Positions 8,121-15,753 of a stretch of DNA of 18,925 nt are shown here, one piece after another. Origin of the DNA: an uncultured Deinococcales bacterium. Its GTDB lineage: Bacteria > Deinococcota > Deinococci > Deinococcales > JAAFIG01. Positions within the stretch are counted from its first letter, which is position 1. Each line of letters starts with the position of its first letter. The stretch lies in NCBI GenBank assembly GCA_964244895.1, contig CAXTKV010000097.1:1-18925 (forward strand), read 5' to 3'. Under the pieces are notes generated by a model. That model saw nothing but the letters and a program-made list of their open reading frames with translations. It ran no database searches and had not been told where the DNA came from. The position numbers were made by a program, and so were the translations under genes.

Positions 8121-8855
8121 ATGGATCATCAAATGGCATTGAACACCACTTACGACCCGTTTCTCGTGACCCTCTCGTGGGTCGTGGCGATCGTCGCGGC
8201 TTACGCCGCGATCGGCATCGCGCACCGCTTGAAGCGCACCACCGGTACGGATCGTCAGCGCTGGCAGCTGGGCGGCGCAGCAGCCTTCGGCTTCGGCGTC
8301 TGGGCGATGCATTTCATCGGCATGACCGCGCTGCGCGTCCCGGTGCAGGTCAATTACGATCCGGTGATCACGGCGCTCTCGGTGGTCTTCGCGCTGTTCG
8401 CGGGTTGGGTCGCCATCGGCGTGATCGGGCAGGAAAAAGTCAAACTGCCGCAAATTCTGTTGGGTGGCACGCTGTTGGGCGCGGGCATCGGCGCGATGCA
8501 TTACACCGGCATGTTCGCCATGAAGATGGAGGCCGGGTTGAGTTTCGACCCGATCCTGTTCGCGGTTTCGGTCGTGGTGGCCGTGTCGATTTCTTCGCTG
8601 GGTTTGTGGATCATGACCGCCAAGCAGTTCGCGAACCTGAAAGGTCGCGGTCTGATCACCGCCGCCGTGGTCGGCTCCGCGATTCCGCTGATGCACTACG
8701 CCGGAATGGCCGCCGCGCGCTTCAGCCCGAACGCGGTCGAGATGATGAGCCGCTTGCCGGTCGCGTCCGACAACATCTTGTTGCTGAACGCCGTCCTGCT
8801 GGTTTCGATGCTGATTCTGAGCTTCCCGATTTTCTTGAACTGGCTGCTGGACTGA
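8121..8855 (+). CDS. Stand-alone MHYT integral membrane sensor domain protein
   Basis: Three repeats WAMHFIGM, GAMHYTGM and LMHYAGM; about 7 TM segments; AAGGA SD before ATG 8121. Confidence 0.9.
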   Translation: MDHQMALNTTYDPFLVTLSWVVAIVAAYAAIGIAHRLKRTTGTDRQRWQLGGAAAFGFGVWAMHFIGMTALRVPVQVNYDPVITALSVVFALFAGWVAIGVIGQEKVKLPQILLGGTLLGAGIGAMHYTGMFAMKMEAGLSFDPILFAVSVVVAVSISSLGLWIMTAKQFANLKGRGLITAAVVGSAIPLMHYAGMAAARFSPNAVEMMSRLPVASDNILLLNAVLLVSMLILSFPIFLNWLLD

Positions 8856-8874
8856 CCTCGAGCATCCTAGGATG

Positions 8875-8903
8875 AGATCGCCCGGACTGGGCGATCTTTT
8901 TTT
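8875..8903 (+). terminator. Rho-independent terminator of the 4889-8855 operon
   Basis: AGATCGCCC-GGACT-GGGCGATCT followed by a T run. Confidence 0.85.
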
Positions 8904-9040
8904 GCCTGGCTCGAGCGCTCAACGAAAATCCTCTTCTGATCGGGAATGACCGCATCTCGTGCATCCGCCCGAGGACGCGCTCGAGATACGCGAGGCGCGG
9001 CCAGATTCGAGCAATTCCGGCGTTCGTCTCTTTTGCCACG

Positions 9041-9090
9041 ACCGTCCAGGACAGCATTCTTGGCTCGAGGAAATACGCGTGCTGAACGGT
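9041..9090. repeat. Dispersed inverted-arm element, copy 4
   Basis: ACCGTCCAGGACA (9041-9053), 24 nt, CGTGCTGAACGGT (9078-9090). Confidence 0.7.
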
Positions 9091-9232
9091 GTTTTCATGA
9101 CCGAGCGCGGAAAGAATTTCGAGCTTTACTCGCGTCGAAGGCTTGAACTCGAGCTACCGTTCCCGCAAACAGCCCGTTCACCCGCGCACGAAACGCGGAT
9201 TGCTGCAATCTCGAGCATCGTAACCAACCCGT

Positions 9233-9997
9233 TCAGTGCCCCAGAATCTGGGACAAGAAAAGCTTGGCGCGGTCCGTCTTGGGGTCGTTGTAAAAGCCCT
9301 CCGGGGTGGCTTCCTCGATGATCTGACCGTGATCGAAAAACAGAATCCGATCCGCCACCTCGCGGGCGAAACCCATCTCGTGGGTGACGCAAACCATCGT
9401 CATGCCGGAATGCGCCAGTTCCTTCATGACCTCGAGCACCTCCGCGATCATCTCCGGGTCTAGAGCGCTGGTCGGTTCGTCGAACAGCATGATCTTCGGG
9501 CGCATGGCGAGTGCGCGCGCGATCGCTACGCGCTGCTGCTGACCGCCGGAAAGCTGACCGGGGAACTTGTGCGCCTGCTCGGGAATGCCGACGCGCTCCA
9601 GGAGTTCCGTGGCGATCTGATCGGCCTCGAGCTTCGAGAGCTTCTTGACCCGCATCGGCGCGAGCGTGATGTTCTGCAAGACCGTCAGGTGCGGGAACAA
9701 GTTGAAGCTCTGAAAGACCATGCCGACGTTCTTGCGAATCTCGTCGATGTTGCGCACGTCGTTGGTGATCTCGGTTCCGTCGATCACGATCCTGCCCGCC
9801 TGGTGCTCCTCGAGTCGGTTGAGGGTGCGGATGAACGTCGATTTGCCCGAGCCAGACGGGCCGATCACGACCACGACCTCTCCCTGCTTGACGGTCGTGG
9901 ACACGTCCTTGAGCGCCTGGAAGCTGCCGTAGAACTTGTCCACGTGTTCCGCCAGGATGATGTCCGGCGCGTGCGAGAGGTCTTTGGCCTGGGTCAT
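9233..9997 (-). CDS. aapP: Polar amino-acid ABC transporter ATP-binding protein (AapP/BztD type)
   Basis: Walker [49 protein letters not shown]. Confidence 0.93.
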   Translation of the reverse strand: MTQAKDLSHAPDIILAEHVDKFYGSFQALKDVSTTVKQGEVVVVIGPSGSGKSTFIRTLNRLEEHQAGRIVIDGTEITNDVRNIDEIRKNVGMVFQSFNLFPHLTVLQNITLAPMRVKKLSKLEADQIATELLERVGIPEQAHKFPGQLSGGQQQRVAIARALAMRPKIMLFDEPTSALDPEMIAEVLEVMKELAHSGMTMVCVTHEMGFAREVADRILFFDHGQIIEEATPEGFYNDPKTDRAKLFLSQILGH

Positions 9998-10062
9998 GCG
10001 GCTCCTTTGGGTTGGGTAGTTGAGTGGCAGACGCGTTGACAGGTGTTGGGTTTTTTAAGAAG

Positions 10063-10112
10063 ACCGTCTGGGACGGGGTTCTCGAGCATCGAGAATACGC
10101 GTGTGGGACGGT
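10063..10112. repeat. Dispersed inverted-arm element, copy 5 (inside the aap operon)
   Basis: ACCGTCTGGGACG (10063-10075), 24 nt, CGTGTGGGACGGT (10100-10112). Confidence 0.7.
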
Positions 10113-10140
10113 GCGCGCGGTTGCCCTGAGTCCTGAACCG

Positions 10141-11346
10141 TTATCGGTTCGTGTTCAATTGCCGCTCGAGCCTGCGGGCCGCCATCGAGATCGCGTAGCT
10201 GAAAATGAAGTAAATCACGCTGATCGTGAAGTACAGCTCGTTGCTGCGCCCGATCCAGTCGGGGTTGGCGCGGATGGCCTCCGCGATGCCGGTCAAGTCC
10301 TTCAGGCCGATGATCGTGACCAGGCTGGTGTCCTTCAACAGAGCGATGAACTGCCCGGTCAGCACGGGCAAGACGGCCTTGAGCGCCTGCGGCAGGACGA
10401 TCAGCGTCAGCGTCTGCGTGCCGCTCAAGCCGACGGCTCGCGCCGCCTCGACCTGGCCGGATGGGACGCTCTGAAGGCCGCCGCGCACGTTTTCAGCCAG
10501 GTACGCGGCGCTGAAAATCGTGATGCCGACCATGGCGCGCACCACGGGATCGATGTTGACGCCGCCCAGCAAAAGCGGCACGAACAGCTGCGCGATGAAC
10601 AGCACCACCACCAACGGCGTGCCGCGCACAGCTTCGATAAAGACCGTGCAAATGGCGGAGATGATCGGGTAATCGCTGGTGCGTCCGATGGCCAGCAGCA
10701 CCCCGATCGGGAACGATGCGACGATCCCGACGACCGAAAGGAGCAGCGTCAACAGCAACCCGCCGAAAGCCCTGGTCTGCACGCCGCCCGAACCGAAATC
10801 CCAGTTCAGAATCACCATCGAGAGCGCGAACACGCCGAACCAAATGAAATTCAGCGCTCGGCTCGAGATTCCGCTCGCAGCTCTGGACACGAAAAACCCG
10901 ACCATCAACGCGATCACGCTGGCGGGCACGAGCAGACCGCTCGGCCAACCCGCCTGGGTCACGGCGGTGAAAACCGCGATCAGTGCAGCCGCGATAAACG
11001 GCCAAGCGGGCACGCCACCGGGACGGAACAGCGCCGCACCGCGCGAGACCGCGCCCCACTGCAAGCCCGCCGTCAGCGACACCACCACCAGCGCCGTCCA
11101 GACGCGCCACATCTGTTCGATCGGGTACGGGCCGACCATCAGGATGCGAAAATTTGCGGGGATCACCGCCCAGCGCGCCTGGGTGAAGGCCCAGATCGCC
11201 AGGCTCGAAACGATCCAGATCGCGAAAGCCAGCGAAACCACCGTCAGGAACGCGTTCCACGGGCTCGAGAAGAGGTTCTCGCGCACCCAACGCTGCCAGG
11301 CTGGAAGGCTCCGCCGCGGGCGCGGCGCGCTGCTCGAGACGGTCAT
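10141..11346 (-). CDS. aapM: Amino-acid ABC transporter permease (AapM/BztC type)
   Basis: WVRENLFSSPWN, FIEAVRGTPL, AYLAENVRGGLQSVPSGQVEAARAVG, LPQAL, FIALLKDTSL. Start taken as ATG 11346. Confidence 0.9.
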   Translation of the reverse strand: MTVSSSAPRPRRSLPAWQRWVRENLFSSPWNAFLTVVSLAFAIWIVSSLAIWAFTQARWAVIPANFRILMVGPYPIEQMWRVWTALVVVSLTAGLQWGAVSRGAALFRPGGVPAWPFIAAALIAVFTAVTQAGWPSGLLVPASVIALMVGFFVSRAASGISSRALNFIWFGVFALSMVILNWDFGSGGVQTRAFGGLLLTLLLSVVGIVASFPIGVLLAIGRTSDYPIISAICTVFIEAVRGTPLVVVLFIAQLFVPLLLGGVNIDPVVRAMVGITIFSAAYLAENVRGGLQSVPSGQVEAARAVGLSGTQTLTLIVLPQALKAVLPVLTGQFIALLKDTSLVTIIGLKDLTGIAEAIRANPDWIGRSNELYFTISVIYFIFSYAISMAARRLERQLNTNR

Positions 11347-11400
11347 CGGAGTCCACCGATCCGGACGGTCATCGGAGTCCACCAATCCGGACGGTCATCG
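11338..11400. repeat. 26-bp tandem repeat (about 2.4 copies) encoding two ATGA-coupled MTVRIGGLR mini-ORFs
   Basis: GACGGTCATCGGAGTCCACCRATCCG at 11338 and 11364, partial third copy at 11390. Minus-strand mini-ORFs are 11398-11369 and 11372-11343. Confidence 0.93.
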
Positions 11401-12567
11401 CGTCACCAGTTTCGTGGCGCGGTTGAACCAGTTGATGCCGCCCGCGATGATCAACGACAGCCCCAGGTACACCAGACCCGCGATGGCGAAGGTCTGCAAG
11501 TTCTGCCCGGACTGGTTGCCCGCCGTGCCCAGCACGTTCAAGAGGTCGCTGAAACCGATGGCGACCGCCAGGCTGGAATTCTTGGTCAAGTTCAGGTACT
11601 GGTTGCCCAGCGGCGGCACGATCACGCGCAGGGCCTGCGGCAGCACGATCAACTGGAGCGTCTCGGCGTAATTGAACCCGAGGGCTCGAGCGGCCTCCCA
11701 CTGGCCCTTACCGACGGATTGAATGCCCGCGCGCACGATTTCAGCGATGAAGGAACTGGTGTACACGAACAACCCGACCAAAAGGGCCGTGAATTCCGGC
11801 GAGACCTGCAAACCGCCCGTCACGCCAAATTTGGTCCTGGTCGGGATGCCCAACTCGAGCGGCCCACCGAGCGCCAACAATCCGATCAGCACGACCGCCA
11901 ACCACGCGCCGATGCCGAACCAGCCCGCCAGGTTCGGCTTTCCGGTGCGGTTGCGCACCCGCGCGAACCAGGCGTACACGCCCAGCCCGACGAGAAACGC
12001 GATCACCCAGACCGGCAAGAAATTCGCGCTGCCATCCTTCTGCACGAACCACGGCAGCGCCAGCCCCTGGTTGGAGAGGAACGCCGTGCCCAACTCGATG
12101 GCGCTCTTGTACGGCGGCAACCTGAGGATCACCAGGTAATACCAGACGATCAGTTGAACCAAGAGCGGCGTGTTGCGCAGAATCTCGACGTAAAAAAGCG
12201 CAATTCTCGAGACCAGCCAGTTGGAACTGAGCCGCGCGATGCCGACGAACACGCCCAGCAAGGTCGCCAGCACGATCCCGGCGATGCTGACGCGCAAGGT
12301 GTTGTACAAGCCGACCAGGATCGCTTTGATGTAGTTGTCGCTGCCGCTATCGAAGGGGCTGCCGAAGGCGGTGCCCTCGGCGATCTGGAATCCGGCGGTG
12401 CGCGTCAGAAAGCCGAACGAGAACTGCAAGCCGTTCTTTTTCAATCCGACCTGCACGTTGTTGACGATCACCACGACGCCCGCGATCACGACCAGCAGGA
12501 ACGCGACCTGCGCGAGCACCGCGAGCTTTTTGATGTCGCGGTAGAAGGGAACTCGAGATTGGGTCAA
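11395..12567 (-). CDS. aapQ: Amino-acid ABC transporter permease (AapQ/BztB type)
   Basis: GLYNTLRVS, YVEILRNTPLLVQL, SPEFTALLVGL, AEIVRAGIQSVGKGQWEAA, YLNLTKNSSLA. TTG 12567 follows GGGAGG; ATG 12612 is the alternative start. Confidence 0.9.
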   Translation of the reverse strand: MTQSRVPFYRDIKKLAVLAQVAFLLVVIAGVVVIVNNVQVGLKKNGLQFSFGFLTRTAGFQIAEGTAFGSPFDSGSDNYIKAILVGLYNTLRVSIAGIVLATLLGVFVGIARLSSNWLVSRIALFYVEILRNTPLLVQLIVWYYLVILRLPPYKSAIELGTAFLSNQGLALPWFVQKDGSANFLPVWVIAFLVGLGVYAWFARVRNRTGKPNLAGWFGIGAWLAVVLIGLLALGGPLELGIPTRTKFGVTGGLQVSPEFTALLVGLFVYTSSFIAEIVRAGIQSVGKGQWEAARALGFNYAETLQLIVLPQALRVIVPPLGNQYLNLTKNSSLAVAIGFSDLLNVLGTAGNQSGQNLQTFAIAGLVYLGLSLIIAGGINWFNRATKLVTR

Positions 12568-12610
12568 GCGTGAACCTCCCGCAGCTTTGGGTCTGAGCTC
12601 TGAGCCAGGC

Positions 12611-12650
12611 ATCGTCTAGCGCGCGAGAACAAAAAGGTGTCCTGGACGGT
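12611..12650. repeat. Dispersed inverted-arm element, copy 6 (one good arm, one degenerate, 14-nt spacer)
   Basis: TGTCCTGGACGGT (12638-12650); degenerate partner ATCGTCTAGCGCG (12611-12623). Confidence 0.45.
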
Positions 12651-12667
12651 ATTTTCGGCCTTGGAAT

Positions 12668-12706
12668 AACAAACGGAGCCGACAACGGCGAACGCTGTCG
12701 GCTCCG
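12668..12706 (-). terminator. Stem-loop after aapJ (partial terminator or mRNA stabiliser)
   Basis: CGGAGCCGACA (12674-12684) pairs with TGTCGGCTCCG (12696-12706), followed by TTTGTT on the minus strand. This position is typical after solute-binding-protein genes. Confidence 0.7.
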
Positions 12707-12718
12707 GGCGCATGGCGC

Positions 12719-13762
12719 TTAGCGAATCGGCGGGGCGTACAGCAACCCGCCCTGAAGGTAGCCCGAGTTCAACCGGCGCGGAATGTTCAGCTTGGTTTTC
12801 GGCCCGAGGTTGCGGTCGAAGATTTCCTTGTAATTCCCGATGGCCTTGATGATATTGACCGCGAAATCGTTCTCGAGCCCCAGGCCCTTGCCGCTGTTGC
12901 CTTCCAGCCCCAGGAAGCGTCGGATGACCGGATCGGCGCTGCCTTTCAAGCCATCGACGTTGCGGCTGTTGATGTCCAACTCCTCGGCGTAAATGGTCGT
13001 GTAGACCGTCCAGGTCATGACATCCCGCCATTTGCTGTCGTTTTGGGCCACGAACGGCGCCAGGGGTTCCTTGGAGATGATCTCGCCCAGGATGCGGTAG
13101 CTCTCCGGGTTGGCGGAGGTCGCCTTGCGCGAGGCCAGCCCCGAGGAATCGGTCGTGACCGCATCGCAACGATCCTGATCGAAAGCCGCCATGACCTTAT
13201 CGAAATCCTGGTAGGTCACGACCTTGATCTGCTTCTTGCGCTGCCGGAAGAAATCGTTGATGTTCTGTTCCGTGGTCGTGCCCTGGTTGGTGCAGATGGT
13301 CGCGCCTTCCAGGTCGGTGATGCGTTTGGTATCGCTCTTGGCCTTGACCATCACACCCTGACCGTCGTAGAAGTTGACCGGCCCGAAGTCCACGCCGACT
13401 TCACCATCGCGGCTGGAAGTCATTGTGGTGTTGCGGAAGACCACGTCGACCTCGCCGGACTGGATCGCGGTGAAGCGCGCGGCAGCCGTCAAACTGACGT
13501 AATCGACCTTGCTGGGATCGTTGAACACGGCGGCAGCCATGCCCTTACAGAAATCCACGTCAAAGCCGCTGTACTTGCCGTTGGAATCCAGAAAGCCGAA
13601 ACCGGGGACGGTGGCGTTGACGCCGCAGATGATCTTGCCGCGCTTCTTGACGGTGTCCAGCCTTGAAGCTGGTGCGGCTTGCTGCGCGATGCTGATGGTG
13701 GCGATGGACGCGGCGAGCGTGCCCATTGCGAGCGTGATCAGGACGGACGGTTTGATGTTCAT
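12719..13762 (-). CDS. aapJ: General L-amino-acid ABC transporter substrate-binding protein (AapJ/BztA type)
   Basis: Signal peptide, ICGVN..PGF, GFDVDFCK, RFTAIQSGEVDV, NFYDGQG, ISKEPLAP, GGLLYAPPIR; GGAGG SD before ATG 13762. Confidence 0.93.
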   Translation of the reverse strand: MNIKPSVLITLAMGTLAASIATISIAQQAAPASRLDTVKKRGKIICGVNATVPGFGFLDSNGKYSGFDVDFCKGMAAAVFNDPSKVDYVSLTAAARFTAIQSGEVDVVFRNTTMTSSRDGEVGVDFGPVNFYDGQGVMVKAKSDTKRITDLEGATICTNQGTTTEQNINDFFRQRKKQIKVVTYQDFDKVMAAFDQDRCDAVTTDSSGLASRKATSANPESYRILGEIISKEPLAPFVAQNDSKWRDVMTWTVYTTIYAEELDINSRNVDGLKGSADPVIRRFLGLEGNSGKGLGLENDFAVNIIKAIGNYKEIFDRNLGPKTKLNIPRRLNSGYLQGGLLYAPPIR

Positions 13763-13990
13763 GATTTCCTCCGGGCCGTGCGGCATTGAACTTTGCCATT
13801 GCGCGGCGAGAGCCACCTTAAGGGGTGCGCCGGTCATCGCGCGGTCACAACTTCGATTTCACCGCCACCCTGCGGTGGTGAACACCATAACAATTCTGAT
13901 CCCGAGCGGCTAGAGGACGGTGCGGGCCATTCGACAAGCCCGGTGATCACCGCCTCTCATGGGCAGTTCGGGCGAGACGACGTGAGCCAC

Positions 13991-14045
13991 AGACCGTCCA
14001 GGACGCGATGTCTTGACCGCTCCGTTTCTTCGTCCTGGACGGTCT
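13991..14045. repeat. Dispersed inverted-arm element, copy 7 (perfect 15-bp arms)
   Basis: AGACCGTCCAGGACG (13991-14005), 25 nt, CGTCCTGGACGGTCT (14031-14045). Confidence 0.85.
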
Positions 14046-14158
14046 TTTCGCGATTACCACCCGCCAGACTCGAGCCGCGCGCACCATGGCCGAACGAATC
14101 AGCACGAGGTCAGAATCGGGCTCGAACCTCGAGAACCCGCGTACAGCAGCGGTGATTC

Positions 14159-14191
14159 AAAAAGCACCTCGAGCTTGGAAGCTCGAGGTGC
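14159..14191 (-). terminator. Rho-independent terminator after the MalK/MsmX gene
   Basis: GCACCTCGAGCTT-GG-AAGCTCGAGGTGC (14164-14191), followed by TTTTT on the minus strand. Confidence 0.8.
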
Positions 14192-14216
14192 GCTCAGGCA
14201 TCTTTAAAATCGGTCT

Positions 14217-15308
14217 TTAACGACCCAGCGCGGCTTCGGTCTGCAAGTCGAAGGCGTGAATCTTGTCCTGATCCGCGAACAGCGTGACCTTGTCACCGAC
14301 GCGCACGTTGGCGTGACCGTCCACTTTGGCGACCACGGACTGACCGCCGATGTTGACGATCAAATCGGTTTCCGCACCGAGCGGTTCGACGACTTCGATC
14401 AGGCCGGTCAGTTTGTTCGAGCCGCCCGCGATGGTGGTCGAACCCTCGAGCCCGAGGTGTTCGGGGCGAATGCCGAACCAGACCTGCTTGCCGTTGTAGC
14501 CACCCAGGGATTCGGCGACCTTACCGGTGGCCTGGACGCTGAAACCCTCGCCGGTCAGGTTGCCGCCCTGCGCGGTCGCGGTCAGGAAGTTCATGCTCGG
14601 GCTGCCGATGAAGCCCGCCACGAACTTGTTCTTCGGCTGATCGTAGAGGTTCAACGGCGAATCGACCTGCTGAATGAAGCCGTCCTTCATGACCACGATG
14701 CGCGTGCCCATCGTCATGGCTTCGATCTGGTCGTGCGTGACGTAGACGGTCGTGGCGTTCTGGTTGCGGTGCAGCTTGGAAATCTGCGAGCGCATCTCGA
14801 CGCGCAACTTGGCGTCCAGGTTGGACAGCGGCTCGTCCATCAAGAAGACCTTCGGGTTGCGCACGATGGCGCGGCCCAAGGCCACGCGCTGGCGCTGACC
14901 GCCCGAGAGTTCCTTGGGCTTGCGCTGCAAGAGGTGCTCGATCTGAAGAATCTTGGCCGAGTCGCGCACGCGCGCGTCGATATCGGCGGTCGGCACCTTG
15001 CGCAGGCGCAAGCCGAACGCCATGTTCTCGTAGACGTTCATGTGCGGGTAGAGCGCGTAATTCTGGAAGACCATCGCGATGTCGCGATCCTTGGGCGGCA
15101 CGTCGTTCATGACCTTGTCACCGATGCGCAAAATGCCGTCCGAGATCTCCTCGAGACCCGCGATCATGCGCAGCGTCGTGCTCTTGCCGCAACCCGAAGG
15201 CCCGACGAAGACGATGAACTCGCGGTCTTTGACATCCAGGTTGAAATCCGAGACCGCCGTGGTCTTGCCGTAGCGCTTGTAAACGTGCTCGAGTGCCATT
15301 GTTGCCAT
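14217..15308 (-). CDS. Carbohydrate ABC transporter ATPase (MalK/MsmX/UgpC family), stand-alone
   Basis: GPSGCGKSTT, IAMVFQNYALYPHM, LSGGQRQR, MDEPLSNLDAKLR, VTHDQIEAM, C-terminal TOBE region; AGGAG SD. Confidence 0.95.
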   Translation of the reverse strand: MATMALEHVYKRYGKTTAVSDFNLDVKDREFIVFVGPSGCGKSTTLRMIAGLEEISDGILRIGDKVMNDVPPKDRDIAMVFQNYALYPHMNVYENMAFGLRLRKVPTADIDARVRDSAKILQIEHLLQRKPKELSGGQRQRVALGRAIVRNPKVFLMDEPLSNLDAKLRVEMRSQISKLHRNQNATTVYVTHDQIEAMTMGTRIVVMKDGFIQQVDSPLNLYDQPKNKFVAGFIGSPSMNFLTATAQGGNLTGEGFSVQATGKVAESLGGYNGKQVWFGIRPEHLGLEGSTTIAGGSNKLTGLIEVVEPLGAETDLIVNIGGQSVVAKVDGHANVRVGDKVTLFADQDKIHAFDLQTEAALGR

Positions 15309-15461
15309 TGTTGGCTCCTAACCCGCGCTCTCGCGTGCTGAGCGTGCCAAAGGGGTTTGGCGGTGCACGCGATTGGGGCTTCCCGAGAGGGCTTGGCGAA
15401 CGCTAAGTTGTGCCGACGCGCTGATTTTATCCGCTTTTGCCGTTCGTGCGCAACAGCGCTC

Positions 15462-15507
15462 AGAAGCTGAGGATGCTGGCTCGAGAAGCTCAGGATGCTG
15501 GCTCGAG
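15462..15507. repeat. 22-bp direct tandem repeat
   Basis: AGAAGCTGAGGATGCTGGCTCG (15462) and AGAAGCTCAGGATGCTGGCTCG (15484), one mismatch. Confidence 0.9.
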
Positions 15508-15516
15508 CATTTTCGG

Positions 15517-15574
15517 GAAGACCGTCCTGGACGCAGATATCGAAACTCGAGAAATAACGTCCTGAACGGTCTTC
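15517..15574. repeat. Dispersed inverted-arm element, copy 8
   Basis: GAAGACCGTCCTGGACG (15517-15533), 24 nt, CGTCCTGAACGGTCTTC (15558-15574). Confidence 0.8.
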
Positions 15575-15679
15575 TGAGCGTCTTGAACCGACCAGAATCC
15601 CGACAATGGTGGCAATTTCAGCGCCAGACACCGACCTGCACACGTCCGAGAACCACCTCGTGCGTCACACCGCTCGCTT

Positions 15680-15728
15680 CTGACCCCTGACCTCTGACTC
15701 CTGACCCGGCGCCCCTGACTTCTGACCC
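15680..15728. repeat. Heptamer tandem repeat (CTGACYY)x7, one unit degenerate
   Basis: CTGACCC CTGACCT CTGACTC CTGACCC GGCGCCC CTGACTT CTGACCC. Confidence 0.9.
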
Positions 15729-15741
15729 TTCCAACCCGCGT

Positions 15742-15747
15742 TAGACT
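15742..15747 (+). promoter_or_regulatory. -10 box of probable leaderless glpD promoter
   Basis: TAGACT-CCAGGC-ATG with no SD sequence. Confidence 0.6.
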
Positions 15748-15753
15748 CCAGGC

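Noticed and set aside
11338..11400. Tandem repeats here and at 715-769 as possible mini-CRISPR arrays
   Set aside because: The units are adjacent with no unique spacers, there are only 2-2.4 copies, and no cas genes are present.
10024..12573. 849-aa plus-strand ORF
   Set aside because: Antisense shadow of the clear aapQ/aapM permeases, with Arg/His/Gln-rich composition typical of high-GC reverse frames and no recognisable motifs.
13763..13990. Possible riboswitch or leader RNA upstream of aapJ (hairpin near 13858-13882)
   Set aside because: I could not recognise any conserved riboswitch or T-box motif; an Rfam/Infernal search would be needed.
14256..15341. 361-aa plus-strand ORF (likewise 979-1821, 13043-13666 and 16177-17130)
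   Set aside because: These lie antisense to well-supported genes and have no independent evidence.
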